Virus record (IMG/VR): IMGVR_UViG_3300022833_000008
Length of the DNA stretch: 64,000 nucleotides
DNA from: an uncultured virus (IMG/VR IMGVR_UViG_3300022833_000008)
Lineage: Duplodnaviria > Heunggongvirae > Uroviricota > Caudoviricetes
Reading direction: 5' to 3' (one strand)
The notes under the pieces were generated by a model. That model had not been told where the DNA came from, made no database searches, and saw nothing but the letters and a program-made list of their open reading frames with translations. Positions 47,796 through 55,647 of the stretch are shown here, piece by piece. Each line of letters begins with the position of its first letter. Position 1 is the stretch's first letter. The position numbers and the translations under genes are program-made.

Positions 47796-49265
47796 ATGGC
47801 TGTAGAAATTAAATCAGGTGCAGGTTCAGACTTAGCTACAGTTGACCCTCAGAGTAAGGCTATCCGAGTCACTCACTATTCTAGCGATGGGTTAGAAGTT
47901 TCCCAAGAGCTTCCTGTAAAACTAACTACCAACACTGCTTCTGCAATTAACGAAGACATTTTAATATCAACCATTGTAGAGCCTTATAAATTCGTATCAC
48001 TACAAGTGAAAGGTACATGGTCTGGTGCTGTAACAGTTCAAGGATCAAACGACGGTATTCAGTTTTTTGATGTTGTGTTTCAAGATGTAAGTGACACAAC
48101 TTCCCCCTATAGCACAAGCTTGACATCTAACGTCTTGATTAAAATTCCTGTATTGTTTCGAAGATTAAGAGTTAGGGTTTCAACATACAACTCTGGTAAT
48201 GTCGAAGCAGAGGCTTATGGTTATCACGAAGCAAACTCTTTCAATTCAGTAAGTCAAGTTGGCTCTGTTACGCTTAGTCCTGAAACTGACAAGGTAATTG
48301 GTACTGTTAATGTAGCTGATCAAACCACTAGCTTGACTAGTATTATCTCCGCATCTGACACACAAGTATCTGCACCTGCGGGTGACGGTGTCATGGTCAC
48401 TGGTACAGCTAGTGTCGATTCTTATGTAGGAGTTCCTACTTTTGCAAACGACTCCTCTTGGGTTGTTGAAATTGATGGTGACTTAGGAACAGGCACTACT
48501 TTTCATTTTGAAGGGTCTGTGAGTTCTACTAACGGCATAGATGGAAACTGGACCACTATTAACGGCAGACAAACAGGCGTAGTCAATACTTCCTTAGATT
48601 CTAAAACTACTACTGCGGGTTTCTTCCGTGGTACTCTTGCGGGGATTAAATTCTTCAGAGTACGTGCTACTGGCGGTACTGGTATTAATGCTGATGTGAC
48701 TATTCATGTCGGTTATGGTTCAGGCGCAGTCTTCTTGAACGCTTCTATCCCAGAAGGCTCAAACAACATCGGCTCTGTAGCTCTAGCCACGGACAGTACA
48801 GTATCTCTAGAATCAGGAACTAACGTCATAGGTGATGTAGGTTTAACAGCAGGTAACAAGATCGGCTTAGACTCTGGTAGTGAGCTTATCGGTACAGTTA
48901 AGGTCATCCCTTCTATTACAGACTCTCCTGACTACCTAAAGTTTATTTCGGCAACAGGTGTCAACTCTACTGTTGTAAAGGCTTCGGCAGCTAACTTGGG
49001 AATTCTTCACATTGTTAACGGTGCTGCTACCTTGCGGTATTTTAAGTTATACAATAAAGCAACAGCACCTATCGTTGGAACAGACATTCCTTTGATTACT
49101 ATTACACTATCTCCTAACTCTGCTAGTAACTTCACTCTACCTGCTCTTGTAGGTATTGATTTTTCAATTGGTCTTTCTTTTGCAGTACTACTCGGTGTAC
49201 AAGATAGTTCAACCACTCCTTTTACTGTTTCAGGAGAAGTTACAGCAATGCTTGCTTACACTTAA
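47796..49265 (+). CDS. Putative virion structural/fibre protein
   Basis: Ser/Thr/Gly-rich beta repeats (GTWSG.V..QGS.DG; IG.V repeats). Confidence 0.55.
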   Translation: MAVEIKSGAGSDLATVDPQSKAIRVTHYSSDGLEVSQELPVKLTTNTASAINEDILISTIVEPYKFVSLQVKGTWSGAVTVQGSNDGIQFFDVVFQDVSDTTSPYSTSLTSNVLIKIPVLFRRLRVRVSTYNSGNVEAEAYGYHEANSFNSVSQVGSVTLSPETDKVIGTVNVADQTTSLTSIISASDTQVSAPAGDGVMVTGTASVDSYVGVPTFANDSSWVVEIDGDLGTGTTFHFEGSVSSTNGIDGNWTTINGRQTGVVNTSLDSKTTTAGFFRGTLAGIKFFRVRATGGTGINADVTIHVGYGSGAVFLNASIPEGSNNIGSVALATDSTVSLESGTNVIGDVGLTAGNKIGLDSGSELIGTVKVIPSITDSPDYLKFISATGVNSTVVKASAANLGILHIVNGAATLRYFKLYNKATAPIVGTDIPLITITLSPNSASNFTLPALVGIDFSIGLSFAVLLGVQDSSTTPFTVSGEVTAMLAYT

Positions 49266-49310
49266 TAACAATAACAACTCTCCAACTGAGGTTCGAGAAA
49301 GGAAAATAAA

Positions 49311-49784
49311 ATGGCAAGACTTAATAACCCAACGACTTCACAGCCAATGGGCCGTAGTCGTTTATCGTCTCCATCTAAGGATACAGTTAATGATAACGGT
49401 ACAGTACTGGTTTCTGTTGTTGACGGTGAACAAATTCAAATGCAACTAACAGTAGGTTGGATGACTAACCTTTCAAGTGCAAACATCGTGGCTAAGATTG
49501 TTGAAGGTAGTAACTTAGGTGATGGTGAGTTGCCCGAAGGTACCGCTACAAACCCTATTGTAAAAACTTTGGTGATTTTAGATCAAGATGCAACAGACAA
49601 CGTATTCAAGATTGTTATCCCAGAAGATTTGACTTCAACTTGGTCTCAAAAGGCAACACCTAATAAACCTGTTTACGGATTTATTGGGCTTGAGATTGAT
49701 GACGGTGGGATTGGTTCTGCAAAACAAATCTGGAAGCCCTTGCGTGGGCTTGTAGAAGTCTTGTATAGCCCTTCGGAGGCTTAA
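49311..49784 (+). CDS. Putative baseplate/fibre adaptor (BppU-like)
   Basis: Late region; LEIDDG...WKPLRG.V.V pattern. Confidence 0.45.
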   Translation: MARLNNPTTSQPMGRSRLSSPSKDTVNDNGTVLVSVVDGEQIQMQLTVGWMTNLSSANIVAKIVEGSNLGDGELPEGTATNPIVKTLVILDQDATDNVFKIVIPEDLTSTWSQKATPNKPVYGFIGLEIDDGGIGSAKQIWKPLRGLVEVLYSPSEA

Positions 49785-49788
49785 TAAC

Positions 49789-50259
49789 ATGACTACTAAG
49801 TACAGTTTAATCCTCTCTCCAAACGAGTACAGTTTAGAAATTAATGAAAATCAGGTATCTCTCTCTCTTAGTAGAGTAGGTGGACAAGGCTCTCAAGGGC
49901 CGCTAGGTTCTTCTATCGACAATGCTTATGTAAACTCAAGTAATGAACTTCTTCTTGTAATCAAAGATCACTTAGGAGGAGAGACTTTATTCAACGCAGG
50001 TGATGTTTCTACTAACTCGACCTCTTTAACCAACATTCAGATTACTTCTGTGCAAGATGGTGACATGCTGTATTATAACGCAGCTACAACCAACTGGGAA
50101 AATAAAGCTCATACTCTTACTACTGCTAGCGTCTCTGATATTGACAGTACTAACAAAGCGGACGGGGCTGTTCTCTTGTATGATGGTTCTTCTTCTAAGT
50201 ACAAGGCCACTACACAAATAAATAATTCAAACTTATACTTAATCGGAGGGTCATACTAA
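49789..50259 (+). CDS. Putative fibre protein
   Basis: Repeated L.DV......DG..L.Y......W units; ends IGGSY. Confidence 0.55.
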   Translation: MTTKYSLILSPNEYSLEINENQVSLSLSRVGGQGSQGPLGSSIDNAYVNSSNELLLVIKDHLGGETLFNAGDVSTNSTSLTNIQITSVQDGDMLYYNAATTNWENKAHTLTTASVSDIDSTNKADGAVLLYDGSSSKYKATTQINNSNLYLIGGSY

Positions 50260-51287
50260 TGGCTACTAAAATTATTCTAAAAAAATCCGTCACTAGTGGC
50301 TCTGCTCCTGTAGCTGGTGACATTGATGTCGGCGAACTCGCTATTAACCTTGCAGACCGAAAGATTTATGCTAAAGATAATAGCGGTGCTATTGTACTCT
50401 TAGGCGGTGCTTATGTAGACTCTAGCGCCCCTGCTAACCCCGCCGAAGGTGACTTGTGGTACGACACTACAAACAACCTTTTAAAGGCTCACAACGGCTC
50501 TGGCTTTATTGCTGCTGGTTACTCAACACTAGCTGCCTTAGAAGATGTAACTATTACCTCTGTTTCTAATGGCGATTTCTTGCGTCATAACGGTACAGCT
50601 TGGGTAGACTCTACTATTCAAAACAGTGATGTTTCTGAAGCTATGATTACACAGCATGAAGACGCTATTACAATTGTAGCTTCTCAAGTAAGTGACTTCG
50701 ATACTGAAGTTGCAAACAACTCTGCTGTAACAGCTAACACTGCCAAGAATACTAACGTATCGACTAACCTCGGTTACAACTCTGCTTCTAATAATGGTGT
50801 CGTTACTTCTTCTGATGGTACTAACGCCACTATTCCAGCTGCAACTACTTCTGCAGCAGGTCTTCAGACAGCAGCTGACAAGACTAAGCTAAATAATATT
50901 GAGACTGCTGCCGATGTAACAGATACAGTAAATGTTACTGCTGCTGGCGCTCTTATGGATAGTGAACTTACAAGTATTGGCTCTGTAAAAGAAATTGATC
51001 AAGGTCTAACAACGACCTCTAACGTCAATTTTAATAACATGATCCTTGCTGGCAACTTGACTGTAAATGGTACTACTACTTCTGTCAACTCTAACGAAGT
51101 AAACATTGGTGACTCTATCATCGTGCTTAATTCTGATGAAACTGGAACACCTTCTGAGAATAGTGGTTTTGAAGTTGAACGTGGCACTTCCACTAACGTA
51201 TCTTTTGTTTGGAACGAGACAGACGATGCTTGGGATCTCTCTGATGAGACCTTGCAAAACGTAATCCTTGATGGTGGTACTTACTAA
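50259..51287 (+). CDS. Tail/head fibre protein
   Basis: IILKKS...P....GELAINLADRKIY N-terminus; GNLTVNGTTT; ends DGGTY. Confidence 0.75.
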   Translation: MATKIILKKSVTSGSAPVAGDIDVGELAINLADRKIYAKDNSGAIVLLGGAYVDSSAPANPAEGDLWYDTTNNLLKAHNGSGFIAAGYSTLAALEDVTITSVSNGDFLRHNGTAWVDSTIQNSDVSEAMITQHEDAITIVASQVSDFDTEVANNSAVTANTAKNTNVSTNLGYNSASNNGVVTSSDGTNATIPAATTSAAGLQTAADKTKLNNIETAADVTDTVNVTAAGALMDSELTSIGSVKEIDQGLTTTSNVNFNNMILAGNLTVNGTTTSVNSNEVNIGDSIIVLNSDETGTPSENSGFEVERGTSTNVSFVWNETDDAWDLSDETLQNVILDGGTY

Positions 51288-51288
51288 C

Positions 51289-51307
51289 TCTACAAGGCCC
51301 GTACAAT
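51289..51307 (-). repeat. Motif B copy 5 (minus strand, intergenic)
   Basis: Reverse complement is ATTGTACGGGCCTTGTAGA, identical to 21387-21405. Confidence 0.9.
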
Positions 51308-51368
51308 AAAACTCTAGGGGGTGGCTCTATAGTCACCTCCTTCCTCACAAACAAAGGAAAACAGCCCA

Positions 51369-52574
51369 ATGGCAACTAGTTTAATTCATAAAAAATCTTC
51401 TACTGCAGGGTCTGCTCCAACAGCGACAGACTTACAGCCCGGAGAATTGGCCCTAAACCTCTCTGATAAGAAGATTTATTCAAAAGACACTTCTGGAAAC
51501 ATTATTGAATTTTCAGGAGAAGCCGCTGGGGTTCTACTCTATGCAGAGAAACCAGTAGCGCAAACAACACCTAGCGCTACAGGAAACAACTCCCTAGCGT
51601 TTGGTAGTTCTTCAGTATCTTCAGGAGTTAGCTCTGTTTCTTTCGGAGAAGCTTTGGCCCAAGGTGACTATTCTATCGCTATTAACATACAAGACAACAC
51701 AAACACCTACGGCGCACTTGGCTTTGGTTCCATTGCAATGGGTGAAAACTCAAAAGCTGATAATATAGGCGCTTTGTCTATTGGTGAAAGCTGCACAGCT
51801 TCAGGCGAAAAAGCTCTAGCTATTGGTGAAAGCTCAATTGCTGCTGGTTTTGAAGGTTTTGCACTTGGCAGTCAATCCGAGGCTTCTGGTTATAGAGCTT
51901 TTGCCGCAGGTTTTAAGTCAATTTCTTCTGGCAGTTGGTCTTTTTCAATAGGTCCAAGAGAAGCCCTTGCTAGTGGTCATGGATCTATGGCTATTGGTCG
52001 GTTTGCAGAAGCTACTGGTCGCCACGCTGTTTGCATTAGCAGCACAGAGTTTGGAGAAAGTGTCGCCTCTGGTGAACACTCTTTTGCTATAGGTAATAAA
52101 GCAGAAGCAAGTATTATCGGAAAGATGGTTTACTCAGGTCCAAACTTTGGATCTCTCGGAGACGCTCAAACAGGAACCCAAGTTCTATTTGCAACAACTC
52201 TTGACGGTAGTTCTACTATTAGTTATTTGACTTCAAATGGTCAAAATAAAAGTGATGATAATCAAATCTGTTTAGCTCCTGATTCTGCTCTGACTTTTTC
52301 AGGAACAGTCATTGCAAGAGAAGATTCTTCAGATGGTAGTGAATACGCTAGCTGGGAAATCAAAGGTGTTGCCTTACGTGACACTGGACTAAACACTATT
52401 GTTTTAGGTTATTCTACAAGCACCAAGACGTTTTCTACAACTAACGCGAGTAGTTGGGCTATATCGATATTAGCAGACACTTCTCACGGTGCCATAACTA
52501 TTAGGGCAGACGGAGAGTCTTCTACAAACATACGCTGGGTTGCCAGTATACAAACAAGTGAGGTAAAGTACTAA
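51369..52574 (+). CDS. Fibre protein with YadA-head-like (A.G..S.A.G) repeats
   Basis: Same N-terminal module as 50259; ~14-aa SxAIG repeats. Confidence 0.75.
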   Translation: MATSLIHKKSSTAGSAPTATDLQPGELALNLSDKKIYSKDTSGNIIEFSGEAAGVLLYAEKPVAQTTPSATGNNSLAFGSSSVSSGVSSVSFGEALAQGDYSIAINIQDNTNTYGALGFGSIAMGENSKADNIGALSIGESCTASGEKALAIGESSIAAGFEGFALGSQSEASGYRAFAAGFKSISSGSWSFSIGPREALASGHGSMAIGRFAEATGRHAVCISSTEFGESVASGEHSFAIGNKAEASIIGKMVYSGPNFGSLGDAQTGTQVLFATTLDGSSTISYLTSNGQNKSDDNQICLAPDSALTFSGTVIAREDSSDGSEYASWEIKGVALRDTGLNTIVLGYSTSTKTFSTTNASSWAISILADTSHGAITIRADGESSTNIRWVASIQTSEVKY

Positions 52575-52876
52575 TGGCTATTGAAATCGATTTTAACAGT
52601 GATAAATTTGGAATTACCTTTGAAAAGGCTTACTTTATTATTGTAAACACTTCTGTAAAACGTCAACAACCCGAAGAAGGTGAGAAGTTTGTTGCGGTTA
52701 TTGACATTGCAGGTTATACTGACAAGTCTTTAGTATCTGTAAAAACCCCGTTAGAATTCAAACGCTACCGTGTTAATCTGTCTACAGTCGATAATTTTTC
52801 AGGTTCTAATTTCGTTGAACGTTGTTACAGCTGGGTTATGACACAACCTGAACTAGCTGGCGGCAAAAAAGTATAA
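52574..52876 (+). CDS. Fibre-associated/chaperone protein
   Basis: Coupled to the fibre gene (TAATG); CYSWVMTQP. Confidence 0.5.
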   Translation: MAIEIDFNSDKFGITFEKAYFIIVNTSVKRQQPEEGEKFVAVIDIAGYTDKSLVSVKTPLEFKRYRVNLSTVDNFSGSNFVERCYSWVMTQPELAGGKKV

Positions 52877-52913
52877 AACATTAAAGCCTAGCCAAAAAAA
52901 AAAAAGAATGAGA

Positions 52914-53150
52914 ATGGCAATTCAAGTAGCAGGTACAGAGGTTCTTAGTAACGCTCGAAGCCTAAACAACATTACAGCAGTAGACTCTACTACCGTAATT
53001 GACGCTGGGTTCGGCGGCGGCCCTGTTGTTGCTGGTCACACCTATGAGGTTCAAGGAATTTCTCAAATTTAAGTTTCAAATACTGGACATGGTGTTCAAA
53101 ATAACCTTGCCGATGAAGTTTACACTGGAGTTATTGGCTACTTGGCTTAA
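52914..53150 (+). pseudogene. Decayed fibre-like gene remnant
   Basis: MAIQVAGTEVLSNARSLNNITAVDSTT fibre-type start, TAA at 53070-53072, same frame open again to 53150. Confidence 0.5.
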
Positions 53151-53211
53151 TGTCTTTAAACTACACTAACTTATCATAAAACTTAAACCTTTTCTAAGGA
53201 AAACTTAACCT

Positions 53212-53937
53212 ATGTCTAAGCAAAAACTTCGCAAGTCACGTCAAAAGCCTATTTATGAGCGTGATCAGCAGAATAATAATATGTATCAAGATACTAAGGT
53301 TAGCAACTTTAACGTGCTACCAAAGAACGAAAAACAAGACTTTCTTATCCACTCAATTGAAAGCTCAGTTATTACTGTTGCTATTGGTTGCGCGGGTACA
53401 GGAAAGACTTACTGTTCTGTAGGTACTGCCGCTAAGTTGTTTTTAAAAGGCGGTTACAAGAAAATTGTAATCACTCGTGCTAACGTCCCAACAGGTAAGT
53501 CTCTCGGAAGTTTCCCCGGAAATGTAGGTGAGAAGATGACACCGTGGCTTATGCCAATGCTAGATGTCTTGAAAAAGGCTTTTGGTAGCGGGAAGTACGA
53601 GTACATGCTAAACAAAGAGCAAATTGAGATTCAACCTATTGAAACAATCCGTGGACGTTCTTACGAGAATGCCTTAGTGCTTGTAGATGAGTCTCAAAAC
53701 CTCGACATGGACGAGTTGAAAGCAGTTAGTACCCGTATCGGAGAAAACTCTAAACTTGTGTTCATGGGCGATCCTGCTCAATCCGATGTGCGTAATGGTC
53801 GAGACCTTCTTCAATTCGCACGTCTGTGTAACAAGCACAACTTAAAAGTCCCTGTTATTGAGTTTGAAGTAGAAGACATTGTTCGTTCAGATATTGTCGC
53901 AGATCTAGTTCGGATGTTTATTAAAGAAAATATTTAG
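53212..53937 (+). CDS. phoH: PhoH-family ATPase
   Basis: GCAGTGKT, LGSFPG, IRGRS, VDESQN, TRIGENSK..F.GD..QSD. Confidence 0.93.
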   Translation: MSKQKLRKSRQKPIYERDQQNNNMYQDTKVSNFNVLPKNEKQDFLIHSIESSVITVAIGCAGTGKTYCSVGTAAKLFLKGGYKKIVITRANVPTGKSLGSFPGNVGEKMTPWLMPMLDVLKKAFGSGKYEYMLNKEQIEIQPIETIRGRSYENALVLVDESQNLDMDELKAVSTRIGENSKLVFMGDPAQSDVRNGRDLLQFARLCNKHNLKVPVIEFEVEDIVRSDIVADLVRMFIKENI

Positions 53938-54033
53938 AGAGATCACAACAAAGAGTAACAACTTTAATTTTTAATAGGTTATTCTATTAGCTATTAAGGT
54001 TGTTACTTTAAGTTCGTAGATATAGAGGTTATT

Positions 54034-54477
54034 ATGAAGTATTACACGTATGATGAGATGTTCTTTGCTATACAACAAGCTAAAGACAAAATTAATGATC
54101 TTACTAATAGTTGTAAAGAATACACAAGAGGTACAAACGATTGTTTCGCTTTAATTGCCGAGTACGATTTAAATCTTAGAGGTAAAACTAAAGCTAGAGA
54201 CATTGTAAAGCTACCTTACAAAAATTTTAAAGACTGGTATGTTAAACTTATCAGACTAAACTACACCCCAGAATCCTATGCTGAATACTGTGGTTACGAG
54301 ATTGTTAAAAACAAAAAAGCCAAACTAGGAGACATTGCTTTTGATAGCGGTGTTGCTATACACGCTGGAGATTTTTGGTTAACAACAAACGAACAAAACA
54401 AAGGTACCGAAAACAAACGGCAAACCTTTTTCTTAGAAACAAAAATACCACTTATAGCTAGACCAGTTAGGAATTAA
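54034..54477 (+). CDS. NlpC/P60-like tail-tip assembly protein
   Basis: Y.RG.NDCF...A..GDI pattern; directly before tail-tip genes. Confidence 0.5.
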   Translation: MKYYTYDEMFFAIQQAKDKINDLTNSCKEYTRGTNDCFALIAEYDLNLRGKTKARDIVKLPYKNFKDWYVKLIRLNYTPESYAEYCGYEIVKNKKAKLGDIAFDSGVAIHAGDFWLTTNEQNKGTENKRQTFFLETKIPLIARPVRN

Positions 54478-54478
54478 A

Positions 54479-55087
54479 ATGTCTGTTTATTATTTTGATG
54501 GTGCTCAAATACTAGCACCCTTTACTATCAATTCTAACGAGCCTATGTTTGAAGCTGAAACCGTTTCTCTTAAAATACAAAGGGCTTCTCAGAATGTTCA
54601 ACGTTGGGAACTTTCTTTTGAAGTTTCAGGGGTAGATACTACTCAAGTAGACTTGCTGGTTAACTCTGTTATTAACTTAGATCAGGTTTCTAACATGATT
54701 ATGCCTCAACTACCAACAGTAGATAAAAACTACACTGTTAGTTCAGGTGACACTTTAGTAGGGGCTTCTGCTGACGCAGGCTCTAATTCTGTATTTGGAA
54801 ACACTTCTAATAAGTCAGGTGTTCTCCCAAAAGGTAGTTTTATAAAATTTTCTAACCATGACAAAATTTATTTAGTAACTTCCGAAGTTAATTTTAATAC
54901 AATTTCAAACCCCGCTATAAGTATTTTTCCTAGTTTAAGAGTTGCAGTTACTACAAGCAACTTAATAAAAACAGGTCAAGAAGTTCTTATCACTTATAAA
55001 CGTAGCATTGATAACAGTTCTGGTATTACTTTTGTAGACGGTGTTTTATCTAGTTTAGGAACTATTAACATTATTGAGGACGTATAA
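54479..55087 (+). CDS. Distal tail protein (putative)
   Basis: QRWELSF...G.FIKFSNHDKIY.V...IFPSLR pattern. Confidence 0.65.
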   Translation: MSVYYFDGAQILAPFTINSNEPMFEAETVSLKIQRASQNVQRWELSFEVSGVDTTQVDLLVNSVINLDQVSNMIMPQLPTVDKNYTVSSGDTLVGASADAGSNSVFGNTSNKSGVLPKGSFIKFSNHDKIYLVTSEVNFNTISNPAISIFPSLRVAVTTSNLIKTGQEVLITYKRSIDNSSGITFVDGVLSSLGTINIIEDV

Positions 55088-55647
55088 TGAGATCCTTTTC
55101 AGAAAAATTTCAAGAAATTATTGATAGTAACACTATTAAGTATATATTTTTAATCAGGTTGGGATTTAACTCAACCTATTATCTTTCATCTTACCATAGC
55201 AATGTTATTTATGACGGTAACACTTATGTAGCAGACGGGGGTTTGTTCGAATTTGATTCTCCTAAGTTTTCTTCTGTTGTAGACAGAGAGTCCTACAAAA
55301 TTGTTATTGCCGACTTAACAAATCAAATGGCTTCTGAATTTAGATATAACGTAGTAGGTAAATCTATTGAAGTAAAGGTTGCCCTAATTGATGCTAACGG
55401 TAGTCCTTTGTTAAACAATGAAGACGTACTGAGCGTTTATAAAGGCTTTGTTGACAAACCTTCTGTTGAAACAGATTTCGAAGGTAAATTTGCTACTCTG
55501 GAAGGGACTTCGCCTATGTCTGATTTAGATATGGTAAGATCGTTTATTACGTCTAAAGCCGGTATGGATCAGAAAAGTAGCACAGACACTTCTTTTGATG
55601 AAATATTTAAAAACAATGAAATTTCAATTAAGTGGGGTAAAATATAA
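55087..55647 (+). CDS. Baseplate hub / minor tail protein
   Basis: YDGNTY..DG...YKG.VD...D..F...IKWG. Confidence 0.65.
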   Translation: MRSFSEKFQEIIDSNTIKYIFLIRLGFNSTYYLSSYHSNVIYDGNTYVADGGLFEFDSPKFSSVVDRESYKIVIADLTNQMASEFRYNVVGKSIEVKVALIDANGSPLLNNEDVLSVYKGFVDKPSVETDFEGKFATLEGTSPMSDLDMVRSFITSKAGMDQKSSTDTSFDEIFKNNEISIKWGKI

